This document shows positions 47,515 to 56,091 of a stretch of DNA of 64,000 nucleotides, in pieces (position 1 is the first letter of the stretch; every line of letters starts with the position of its first letter). Origin of the DNA: Candidatus Zixiibacteriota bacterium (GTDB taxonomy: Bacteria > Zixibacteria > MSB-5A5 > SM23-73-2); assembly GCA_030615745.1 (NCBI GenBank), contig JAUWYR010000004.1, positions 9,838-73,837 on the forward strand, read 5' to 3'. Position numbers and translations under genes: made by a program. The notes under the pieces were generated by a model, which saw nothing but the letters and a program-made list of their open reading frames with translations, searched no databases and was not told the origin of the DNA.

Positions 47515-48349
47515 AAAAAAAATAGGGATATTCGACTCAGGTGTGGGTGGTTTAACTGTTGCTCGCGAGATTCTTAAAATCCTCCCCTTTGAACAGATAA
47601 TCTATTTTGGCGATACTGCGCGTTGCCCATATGGTCCGAGATCGAAAAAAATTGTCAGGGAATTTTCATTGCAGAATGTGAATTTTTTATTATCTCAAAA
47701 TGTTAAATTCATCGTAGTGGCTTGTAATACTTCCTCAGCTTTGGCTTTGGATTTTTTAAAAAAAAGGTTTGAAATTCCCATGATGGGAGTTATCGAGCCA
47801 GGAGCAAAAGGAGCAGTCGAGGCAACTAAAAATAAAAAGGTAGGGGTGATCGGAACTTTAGGAACAATTTCATCTGGTTCTTATGTTAAAGCTATTCATA
47901 AAATGGACAAAAAGATTATAATTTATCCTCTGTCCTGCCCTCTTTTTGTCAGCTTGACTGAGGAGGGTTTTATTAACAAAAAAGCGACCTATCTTATCGC
48001 TGAGGAATACTTGAAGCCTTTGAAGAAAAAAAGAATCGATACTTTGATCTTAGGATGCACCCACTATCCTTTGTTAAAAGGGGTTATAAGAAATGCGATG
48101 AAAAAATCCGAAGGATTTCCGAAGGACTCTTCGAGCATAGAAAATGTAACGTTGATCGACTCAGCTGAAAAGACAGCTTTGGATGTCAAAAGGTTTTTAT
48201 TAGAAAAAGACCTTTTAAGAAAATCTGATAAAGAACCTTCTCATAAATTTTTTGTCTCAGACCAGCCGGATAAATTCAAAAAACTCGGACAAAGATTTTT
48301 AGGGAAAAAGATAAAAAGGGTTGAATTAGTGGACATAAACAAATACTAA
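47498..48349 (+). CDS. murI: glutamate racemase
   Basis: IGIFDSGVGGLTV, CNTSS and GCTHYPLL cysteine motifs; carries 36-nt repeat insertion (KSEGFPKDSSSIE) at 48107-48142. Confidence 0.88.
   Translation: MKLKDEKKIGIFDSGVGGLTVAREILKILPFEQIIYFGDTARCPYGPRSKKIVREFSLQNVNFLLSQNVKFIVVACNTSSALALDFLKKRFEIPMMGVIEPGAKGAVEATKNKKVGVIGTLGTISSGSYVKAIHKMDKKIIIYPLSCPLFVSLTEEGFINKKATYLIAEEYLKPLKKKRIDTLILGCTHYPLLKGVIRNAMKKSEGFPKDSSSIENVTLIDSAEKTALDVKRFLLEKDLLRKSDKEPSHKFFVSDQPDKFKKLGQRFLGKKIKRVELVDINKY
48107..48142 (+). repeat. 36-nt dispersed repeat, in-frame inside murI
   Basis: identical to 37882-37917. Confidence 0.75.
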
Positions 48350-48352
48350 ATT

Positions 48353-48940
48353 ATGAAAATAGTTTTAGCCACAAATAATCAACATAAAATAAAAGAGATA
48401 AAAGAAATTTTAAAAGATCCCAATTTAGAGATTTTAACCCTTGCTGATTTTCCTGATTTTCCAAAGCCAGAGGAAACCGGAAAGACCTTTGAGGAAAATG
48501 CAACTATTAAAGCAAAGTCAGTCTATGATTTTACAAAAATTGCCTCGATTGCTGATGATTCAGGGTTAGAGGTGGACGCTTTAAATAATATGCCGGGAAT
48601 TTTATCCGCAAGATTTGCAGGGGAGGGTTGTAGTTATGAAGATAACAATTTAAAGCTTTTAAATTTGATGAAAGATATTCCCTGGGACAAAAGGAGTGCA
48701 ACTTTTGTTTGCGTTGTGGCAATAGCTTACGATTTTAAAAATATAAAAATTGTTGAGGGGAAAGTCAAAGGTGTAATCGCACAGAAACAGATGGGAAAAA
48801 ATGGCTTCGGCTACGACCCTTTGTTTTATTATCCTCCATTGAGTAAAACATTTGCTCAACTTGCGCTTGATGTGAAAAACGAAATAAGCCACAGGGCAAT
48901 TGCATTCAGAAAGGCCAAAAAACTTCTATCTTCTTTTTAA
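48353..48940 (+). CDS. rdgB: non-canonical purine NTP pyrophosphatase (dITP/XTP; RdgB/Ham1)
   Basis: MKIVLATNNQHKIKE, SGxE, FGYDPLF. Confidence 0.88.
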   Translation: MKIVLATNNQHKIKEIKEILKDPNLEILTLADFPDFPKPEETGKTFEENATIKAKSVYDFTKIASIADDSGLEVDALNNMPGILSARFAGEGCSYEDNNLKLLNLMKDIPWDKRSATFVCVVAIAYDFKNIKIVEGKVKGVIAQKQMGKNGFGYDPLFYYPPLSKTFAQLALDVKNEISHRAIAFRKAKKLLSSF

Positions 48941-49110
48941 AATCAAATTTCCAAATGAGGTTTTGAGTAAAACCAAAGTTTTGCACTCAAGGAAAGATAA
49001 CATAAAGCTTGTAAGCACGAATTCATTCGTGCATTTTATTTGCACAGATAGAATCTGTGCCTACAAATCTAACTTCTTTTCAAAAGCAGATTTATAAGTG
49101 AGGTTTTCAG

Positions 49111-49185
49111 GTAAAGCTAAAGCTTTACACTCCAAAAAGATAGACTGAGTTTTTTGTTTTTCTGAAAAGATAAAACTTTCTTGAC
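49111..49185 (+). repeat. repeat GTAAAGCTAAAGCTTTACACTCCA...TTTTTCTGAAAAG (copy 2)
   Basis: see 44822-44890. Confidence 0.5.
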
Positions 49186-49280
49186 AACTATCCTAAATCT
49201 TTTATATTTTTAACCGTAATAAATGGGTGGGGTGGTGGGGTTCTAATACCTAATACCTACCACCTAACACCTAAAAGAAC

Positions 49281-49357
49281 CGGGGTGTAGCGCAGTCTGG
49301 TAGCGCACATGGTTTGGGACCATGGTGTCGGAGGTTCAAATCCTCTCACCCCGACCA
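49281..49357 (+). tRNA. tRNA-Pro (anticodon TGG), CCA encoded
   Basis: acceptor CGGGGTG/CACCCCG, D-arm GCGC-AGTCTGGTA-GCGC, anticodon arm CATGG-TTTGGGA-CCATG, T-arm GGAGG-TTCAAAT-CCTCT, ACCA. Confidence 0.85.
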
Positions 49358-49450
49358 GAGAAAGTTGGAAAACAGCAAACTGTTCACAGCTAACAGTAGA
49401 AAGTTTCGTAAAAACTGTGAACTGTTAACCGTTTACTGTGAACAGAAACT

Positions 49451-49524
49451 GCCCCCGTAGCTCAGTTGGATAGAGCATCTGCCTTCTAAGCAGAGGGTCG
49501 CCTGTTCGAGTCAGGCCGGGGGTA
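49451..49524 (+). tRNA. tRNA-Arg (anticodon TCT)
   Basis: acceptor GCCCCCG/CGGGGGT, anticodon arm TCTGC-CTTCTAA-GCAGA, T-arm GCCTG-TTCGAGT-CAGGC. Confidence 0.85.
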
Positions 49525-49615
49525 GCTGGAGTAAGTAAACAGAAAACAGTATACGGTAAACAGTAAAAGATTTTTTTCTGTATACTGTTTACTGTGAACT
49601 GTCTACTGACAACAC

Positions 49616-49693
49616 GGTGGGTGTAGCTCAGTTGGTTAGAGCACCAGGTTGTGGCCCTGGTGGTCGCGGGTTCAAGTCCCGTCATCCACCCCA
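49616..49693 (+). tRNA. tRNA-His (anticodon GTG) with encoded G-1 and CCA
   Basis: G-1 + acceptor GTGGGTG/CATCCAC, anticodon arm CCAGG-TTGTGGC-CCTGG, T-arm GCGGG-TTCAAGT-CCCGT, discriminator C, CCA. Confidence 0.85.
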
Positions 49694-50420
49694 TTTTTCA
49701 GTTTTGTTCCCTTCGGCTAATAAGTCGAAGGGCTTTCTGTATGTGGGATAAAGAGTTCCGTCAATTACTTGACAGTTCGAAAGTAGAAAATTGAGAAGTT
49801 TCCTTTTCTCTGGGGCTTCTTGCTTCTGATATAGAAAATACGCTTTGCTGGCGAGTTCTAAGATTTTGATTCCCTCATCGAAGTAGCTTTTATTGGCATT
49901 TTGATGACATTGAATTTCGGATAGTATTCTTGACTGCTCCTCTATCCATTGTTCTGATTTTCTGTTCCAGAATTCCTCTGTGATTTTACCTTCGAGTTTG
50001 TCCTCATAGGCTTGGTCAAGCTTTTGTTGAAGTTTTTTATGCCGTAAGGTGAGCTTGCCTATCATCTCATCGTGATATGCTTTCTCGTCAACGTGACTTG
50101 CTTTTAAGGCTTCTTTGATCCATTCCAGTTTTGCATCATCGATTACTATTTTTTTAACCACCTGACCAAGTTTGTCCTCAAGTAACTCTTCCCGGATATA
50201 TGCTTTCTCACATTTTCCCTTGGAACCGGTGCAGTGATAGTAGATGTATCTATTCTTCTGTATTTCTGCGGTGATGGAACAACCGCAGCGTCCACAGGTC
50301 AAAAGTCCAACAAAGGCGAAATTCCTCTTTTTCGGCTTGGGCTTATTGTGGTTTTTGAATACTTCCTGAACTTTTTCGAAAAGCTTTTTAGTTATGATCG
50401 GTGGATGCTTGCCTGAATAT
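49682..50420 (-). pseudogene. large serine recombinase, C-terminal fragment only (recombinase domain end + zinc beta-ribbon + coiled-coil); N-terminal catalytic domain missing
   Basis: zinc ribbon CGRCGCSITAEIQKNRYIYYHCTGSKGKCEK; open frame continues upstream to 50420 (...KPKPKKRNFAFVGLLTCGRCG) without ATG or resolvase catalytic domain; 3' end overlaps tRNA-His by 12 nt. Confidence 0.7.
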
Positions 50421-50608
50421 CAAAAGCGCTAAAGTCATGATAACAGATTTATTTTAAGAGAATGGGATTATTTTATTTCGGTCACTTTTTTTACTTGACA
50501 AAAATTGTGGTTGTATTATATTTTAATAAAGAGAGCAAGTCATTTTAACAATAAACTTTATAAGAATTGAATGGCGCAAACCTTGAAAAAACAAGGAGGC
50601 GATTTTAA

Positions 50609-52261
50609 ATGAAGAAAAAACTTCTTGTCGTTCTTTTGTGTTTGACTTTCCTGCTTATCTTTCCGGGACTGGCAAAAGCTCAGTTCGGTTCGATTTCTGG
50701 GAAAGTAACAGATGAAGAGACTGGGTTTCCTATCATGGGAGCTCACGTTTGGGCAAGAGCAGATACTACCCAACCGGGGGGATATGGATTCGGTATAACC
50801 GATACTTTAGGATTGTATGTAATTGACAGTCTCGATGCTGGAGAATTTCTGGTCTCGTCTTCTGCCCTGGGATATGAAGACGAGAATTATCCTGAATCCG
50901 TGATTGTGGCAGCTGCTGAGAATACGCCAGATATCGATTTTGCTCTCACCCCTGCAGAAGCGACCGGTTCTATTTCCGGGATGGTTACAGATGGAGAAAC
51001 CGGTCTCCCACTTCCTATGGCTCACGTCTGTGCTTATGGTAGTACTCATGTCGAAGGGGATGCTTGGACGGACACTGCCGGATATTATCTCATACAGAAC
51101 CTTGTCGCTGGACAGTATATAGTAGGAGTTCATAAGAACGGATATGAAGATGAGGTCTATCCCGAATCGGTGACTGTTGAGGAGGGGCAGAATATACCTG
51201 ATATAGATTTCGCTTTGACCCCCATAGGTGAATATGGTTCAATTTCAGGTTGGGTAACAGACGAACAGACAGCACTCCCACTTCCCATGGCTCATGTCTG
51301 GGCATATGATAGCGTTGCTCGCTTCGGAGAGGATAGTTGGACCGATACAGCTGGATACTATCTCATACAAAACCTAACAGCTGGGCAGTATGCAGTTGGA
51401 GCTCATAAGAGTGGATACGAAATTGGGTTTTATCCGGAATTGGTTGCTGTTGAGGAGGGACAGAATACGCCTGATATAGATTTCGCTTTGACTCCAACAG
51501 GTGAGTACGGCTCAATTATAGGCTGGGTCGGTGATGAAGAGACCGGTCTCCCCATTATCATGGCTTACCTGAGAGCCATAGGTTTGGATGATGAAATTTG
51601 CGGGGAGGCTTGGAGCGATACCAGCGGTCAATACGGAATCTTAGATCTTCCCCCCGGGATTTACCGCGTCGTGGTCAGCAAAGATGGTTATGCTCCAGAA
51701 ACCTATCCTGATTCGGTAATTGTGGTTGCCGGGCAGAATACACCCCATATTGATTTTTCTCTGACTCCAATAGGTGAGTACGGATCAATTTCTGGGAGGG
51801 TTACCGATGAAGAGACTGGTCTTCCGATCAGCATGGCTTATCTTTTAGCCATAGGCTTGGATAACTGGTGTTATGCAGAGGCCTGGAGTGATACCAGCGG
51901 TTATTATACTATCCAATACCTGTGTACTGGCATTTACCAGGTCAACGTGCATGTAATAGGCTATATTCCAGAAAGCTATCCCGATTCAGTGATGGTGTTA
52001 GCTGGTGAAAATACCTCAGACATCGACTTTGCTCTTACATCTATTTATTTTGGTGATGTTACTGGAGATGGAAATATCAACCTTACTGACGCTATCTATC
52101 TGGCAAATTATTGTCTAAAAGCTGGTCCTGCTCCTGAACCTTTAGAAGCCGGAGAGGTCAACTGCGACGACGAAATAAATTTATCAGATGTGATATACTT
52201 GGCGAACTATTTGTTGAAAGGTGGACCCGCTCCACACCATTGCGGAAACTATCAATTTTAG
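50609..52261 (+). CDS. secreted protein: signal peptide, 5 x CarboxypepD_reg-like ~91-aa repeats, C-terminal dockerin (two EF-hand-like segments)
   Basis: repeats GSISGxVTDEETGLPxxMAHVWA...GYEDExYPESVxV..GQNxPDIDFALTP; dockerin GDVTGDGNINLTDAIYLANYCLK / VNCDDEINLSDVIYLANYLLKGG. Confidence 0.75.
   Translation: MKKKLLVVLLCLTFLLIFPGLAKAQFGSISGKVTDEETGFPIMGAHVWARADTTQPGGYGFGITDTLGLYVIDSLDAGEFLVSSSALGYEDENYPESVIVAAAENTPDIDFALTPAEATGSISGMVTDGETGLPLPMAHVCAYGSTHVEGDAWTDTAGYYLIQNLVAGQYIVGVHKNGYEDEVYPESVTVEEGQNIPDIDFALTPIGEYGSISGWVTDEQTALPLPMAHVWAYDSVARFGEDSWTDTAGYYLIQNLTAGQYAVGAHKSGYEIGFYPELVAVEEGQNTPDIDFALTPTGEYGSIIGWVGDEETGLPIIMAYLRAIGLDDEICGEAWSDTSGQYGILDLPPGIYRVVVSKDGYAPETYPDSVIVVAGQNTPHIDFSLTPIGEYGSISGRVTDEETGLPISMAYLLAIGLDNWCYAEAWSDTSGYYTIQYLCTGIYQVNVHVIGYIPESYPDSVMVLAGENTSDIDFALTSIYFGDVTGDGNINLTDAIYLANYCLKAGPAPEPLEAGEVNCDDEINLSDVIYLANYLLKGGPAPHHCGNYQF
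50684..52043 (+). repeat. intragenic ~273-nt tandem repeats x5
   Basis: near-identical DNA blocks e.g. GAGGAGGGGCAGAATA(C)CCTGATATAGATTTCGCTTTGACCCC at 51180 and 51455. Confidence 0.6.
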
Positions 52262-52881
52262 CTTTGGGGAAGTTTTGATCAATTACCAATGCTGTGAAAA
52301 GGTTTTAAAGATTAAGCAATCATAAAAAGCCTTTAGATTTTTGTTGAATTTTACACGCACAAGGGTTCCCTTATTCAAAAAGAAAGGGGCAGGGGGTGGA
52401 CATACCCCCTCCGACGATTGAGATTATATAGATTCCAACAGCTGAGAAGTATCAGGTATCTGTTCTTCTGTTGTTGCCAAATAAGTTCTAAGACCGTCCA
52501 CTACTCCACCCTTTGTTTTAATTGAACTCAGATTTTTGTGTATTTTTATGGATTATTAAATTGCTACACCGCACCCTTTGATCCTTAGAGAAAAAAATAT
52601 AGGCAAAGTCCTCTTCAAAAAACTTTTCAAGCCGACCATCTCATTTCTCTTGAAAAAATGTCTTGATTTATATTCTTTAGTAGGGATCGAGCAAAGTTTA
52701 GCTAAAACGTAACCAAGACTTTTTCTGGATTTTTTCATAATCTTTGATTATCTATGCAACAATTCATCTAAACTCAGAGTATATAGAATTTAAAGCGGAA
52801 TGATCTCCATTCTGCGCAAGACTTGAACTCGATAAAAAGAGGTATTTTGTGGAAAAGCACTAAAAGCCTAAAGGAGCTGTT

Positions 52882-53775
52882 ATGAAAAAGTATTTTGTAT
52901 TTTTAGTGATATTTTTAATCATCAATGTTCATAATTCCTTGGCTTCTTATTTAAATATCACTTTTCGGGGTATTGGTTTAAGTATAGGAAATTCAAAGAA
53001 AGCGAATGGAATACGTTTGAATTTTGTTGATAATGAGGTTGAAAAAATAAATGGTCTCAACTTAACGTTATGGAAGCCAAAAGATAACTCAGATGCTATA
53101 ATGAATGGTTTTGCCTTGGGAGTAATAGGACCAGAAGTCAAGGATATAAACGGTCTTGCCTTGGGTGGAGTTGGAGTGGTCACAGAAAAGATGAATGGTG
53201 TTTCTTTTGGGTTAATTGGAGTTACGTCCACGGAAATAAATGGAATAACAATTGGAGGTATCGGGGTGGCAAATGATAACTTAAAGGGAATAGCAATCGG
53301 AGGGATCGGAGTGGCAAATCAAGACGTCAATGGAATAACAGTTGGTGGTGTCGGGGTAGCAAACCAGAACTTAAATGGAATAGCGATAGGTGGTATTGGT
53401 GTGGCAAATCAAGATGTGGATGGGATAGCAATAGGAGGGATCGGAGTGGCAAATCAAGACCTGAATGGGATAGCCATCGGTGGTATTGGGGTAGGTAGCC
53501 AGAATGTAAATGGAATAGTAATCGGAGGGGTAGGGGTAGGGGCACAGGACATAACAGGTTTTGTATTCGGAGGAGTACATGTGAAGTCTAATAGTTTAAC
53601 TGGCTTAGGAATAGGAGGATACTGCAAGCTAAAAGAAAACCTGAATGGCGTTTCTATTGGAATATTTAATTATACCAGACATCTTGAGGGTGTGCAAATC
53701 GGTATTCTTAATTACTGTGGAAACAACCCGAAGCCTTTGAGATTATTGCCGATTATCAATGTGCATATTGATTGA
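52882..53775 (+). CDS. secreted protein built of 14-aa repeats (NGIAIGGIGVANQD)n; unknown family
   Basis: signal peptide; >=12 consecutive 14-aa units, 7 nearly perfect; C-terminal GVQIGILNY motif. Confidence 0.65.
   Translation: MKKYFVFLVIFLIINVHNSLASYLNITFRGIGLSIGNSKKANGIRLNFVDNEVEKINGLNLTLWKPKDNSDAIMNGFALGVIGPEVKDINGLALGGVGVVTEKMNGVSFGLIGVTSTEINGITIGGIGVANDNLKGIAIGGIGVANQDVNGITVGGVGVANQNLNGIAIGGIGVANQDVDGIAIGGIGVANQDLNGIAIGGIGVGSQNVNGIVIGGVGVGAQDITGFVFGGVHVKSNSLTGLGIGGYCKLKENLNGVSIGIFNYTRHLEGVQIGILNYCGNNPKPLRLLPIINVHID
53245..53548 (+). repeat. 42-nt perfect-period tandem repeat x7
   Basis: AATGGAATAGCAATCGGAGGGATCGGAGTGGCAAATCAAGAC-type units in register. Confidence 0.75.
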
Positions 53776-53851
53776 AGGCGTGGATTTCACCTTGTTATAA
53801 TAGACAATATTAGATAGCCACTGTCTATTCAAAACCCTAACTTTAATTAGT

Positions 53852-53881
53852 TGTGTCAGGAGCTTTACTCCTGACACAACC
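53852..53881. other. hairpin TTGTGTCAGGAGCTTTACTCCTGACACAAC, repeated downstream of both island genes
   Basis: related copy GGTGTCAGGACTGAGAGATCCTGACACAAC at 55968-55997. Confidence 0.45.
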
Positions 53882-54197
53882 CAAAAATGGAGTGTAATCA
53901 TTTATGATTGCAGGGATACCGTTTTGGTGGGATGCATTCCTTTCTTTCGTTTGTCAGCATTAGGAAATCCCGACGACAACCAGCCTTAGTAATTCCTATA
54001 CTCAAGGCATCAAAAAGTTCCTTAAAATTTTGAGGGGTTGATGTTCGGTTCCGATTCCCAATTCAAATGAATATTAATATTGACTTTTAGAAAGAACCAA
54101 TTATACTTAGCCTAATCAAGAAGGTGGCTTTAGCTTTGAATAATGTGGTTTTCTCAGTTGGTTTTATATTTAACTTAAATTTCTTTGGAGGTAAGTT

Positions 54198-55808
54198 TTG
54201 CCTAAAATTAAGTCAAGACCTCGATATAGAAAGGCACTAACACCTGCACTCATTATTTGTTTTATAATCGCGGTAATCCTGATTATAGTTTTCAATAAAG
54301 CTTTTTTTCAACCGGTATTTAAAAGAGAGGTTACTATTAAACCTGAGTATCTTGAAAATGAAAGTGAGGAATTGTGGGTTTCCAGATATAACGGACCAGC
54401 AGATGGTAATGATTGGGCTAAGGCTCTGGTGGTGGATGGGTTCGGCAATATCTACGTGACTGGAGAAAGCGAAGGTAAGACCACAGGTAAGGATGTTGCC
54501 ACCATAAAGTACAATGGAAAAGGAGATACCTTATGGGTAAAAAGATACAATGGACCCGTAAATGGCGACGATTGGGGTGCTTTCTTAGCCATAGATGAAT
54601 CTGGAAACGTCTATCTGGCTGGGGGAAGCGAAGGAGAGGGGACAGGTCTTGATTATCTCACCATAAAATATACCCCTTCCGGAGAGGTTATCTGGATGAA
54701 AAGGTATAATGGTTCTGGAAACTCATCTGACAGAGCTTCAGCTTTGGCCATAGACGACTCCGGAAACGTTTACCTTACCGGCGAAAGCGAGGGGGAAGGC
54801 TCAGGCTTTGACTATGCCACTTTGAAGTATGACAAAAATGGTGAGGTTGTTTGGGTCAGAAGATATAATGGGTCTGAAAACGGAAATGACTGCGCTTATG
54901 CTTTAGCTGTTGACGCTTATGGCAATGTTTACCTGACCGGTTACAGCTATGGGGGGTCAACGAGATCCGACTATCTTACCTTAAAATATAATACTTCGGG
55001 TGATCTCCTGTGGGTTAAAAGATTCGATGGATCCCAAAACTCTGTTGACAGAGCTTATGCTTTAGCTGTGGGTATCTCCGGAGATGTATATGTAACCGGA
55101 TATAGTCATGGAGACCAAACAGACAAAAACATTCTTACGATAAAGTACAATTCTTACGGAAAGCTACTCTGGGCGAAAAGATACAATGGATCGGCCAATG
55201 GATTGGACCGGACTCATGCCTTAACTTTGGACAGCTCTGGTAATGTCTATGTAGCTGGACAGAGCCACGGTGTGGTTACCGGCTCTGATTTTGTTACTAT
55301 TAAATATAATCCTTCAGGCGATACTCTCTGGGTGAGAATATACGAAGGTCCTGGAAACCACAACGATTGGGATTTAGCTCATGCTATGGCAGTAGATGAT
55401 TTTGGCAGCATCTATGTTACCGGCGAGAGTCAGGGGACCGGAACAGATCACGACTACGCCACGATAAAGTACGATCTCTCTGGTAATCTCCTCTGGGTTA
55501 GAAGATATAATCAGCCCTCTATTGATAATGCTTTTGCCTTAGCTGTAGATCCCTCTGGTAACGTCTATGTGACCGGATTCAGCTACGGCCCCGGGACCAC
55601 TTCTGATTATGCCACTATCAAATATGGGCAGTTTATAAGAGGAGATGTCAATGGAGATAAAACGATAGATTTAGCTGATGCAATCTACTTAGCAAACTAT
55701 TTACTTAAAGGCGGAGGCCAACCACCTGTCCCGATTTCTCGAGCTAATGCCAACGGGGATGATGCTGTCAACCTATTGGATGTGATACACATAGTGAGCT
55801 ATTATTAG
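54198..55808 (+). CDS. secreted SBBP (beta-propeller) repeat protein with C-terminal dockerin
   Basis: N-terminal TM/signal; ~9 repeats YNGxxNGxDxAxALAVDxSGNVYVTGxSxGxxTGxDYxTIKY; dockerin GDVNGDKTIDLADAIYLANYLLKGG / ANANGDDAVNLLDVIHIV. Confidence 0.75.
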   Translation: MPKIKSRPRYRKALTPALIICFIIAVILIIVFNKAFFQPVFKREVTIKPEYLENESEELWVSRYNGPADGNDWAKALVVDGFGNIYVTGESEGKTTGKDVATIKYNGKGDTLWVKRYNGPVNGDDWGAFLAIDESGNVYLAGGSEGEGTGLDYLTIKYTPSGEVIWMKRYNGSGNSSDRASALAIDDSGNVYLTGESEGEGSGFDYATLKYDKNGEVVWVRRYNGSENGNDCAYALAVDAYGNVYLTGYSYGGSTRSDYLTLKYNTSGDLLWVKRFDGSQNSVDRAYALAVGISGDVYVTGYSHGDQTDKNILTIKYNSYGKLLWAKRYNGSANGLDRTHALTLDSSGNVYVAGQSHGVVTGSDFVTIKYNPSGDTLWVRIYEGPGNHNDWDLAHAMAVDDFGSIYVTGESQGTGTDHDYATIKYDLSGNLLWVRRYNQPSIDNAFALAVDPSGNVYVTGFSYGPGTTSDYATIKYGQFIRGDVNGDKTIDLADAIYLANYLLKGGGQPPVPISRANANGDDAVNLLDVIHIVSYY

Positions 55809-55866
55809 AGAGTAAACGTTAAACGGAAAATAGAAAACAGTTAAAGATGAAAGAAATCCAATTGTT

Positions 55867-55900
55867 GGTGCAGGGGTTTAACCCCTGCACCAGCTTTTGT
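55867..55900 (+). terminator. rho-independent terminator GGTGCAGGGGTTTAACCCCTGCACC + AGCTTTTGTG
   Basis: 10-bp GC-rich stem, T-run; 60 nt after dockerin-protein stop. Confidence 0.45.
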
Positions 55901-56046
55901 GACCATACTCGAACAACTCTTTGCAAATTTCAAACAGTTGCGTCAAAAGCTTTTCTCCTGACGCTTAAAAAGGTGTCAGGACTGAGAGATCCTGACACAA
56001 CACAAAATCATCCAAAGAACCCACCCTTATTAATTTTTCTTGTGTT

Positions 56047-56090
56047 TTCTCTGTTGGTCTTAAGACCAACAGAGAACTAAAATTTTTTAA
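56047..56090. terminator. 14-bp palindrome TTCTCTGTTGGTCTTAAGACCAACAGAGAA + AAATTTTTT at the convergent +/- gene boundary
   Basis: sits between last + gene cluster and stop of pitA (-); plausible bidirectional terminator. Confidence 0.35.
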
Positions 56091-56091
56091 C

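Noticed and set aside
49425-49694. 89-aa minus-strand ORF
   Set aside because: Overlaps the tRNA-Arg(TCT) and tRNA-His genes and their spacer; tRNA structures are clear, ORF is spurious.
50234-50416. 60-aa + strand ORF
   Set aside because: Antisense to the serine-recombinase fragment; no RBS.
55847-56080. 77-aa + strand ORF after the SBBP-dockerin gene
   Set aside because: Composed of the terminator hairpins and the repeated GTGTCAGGA...TCCTGACAC element; no RBS; likely non-coding.
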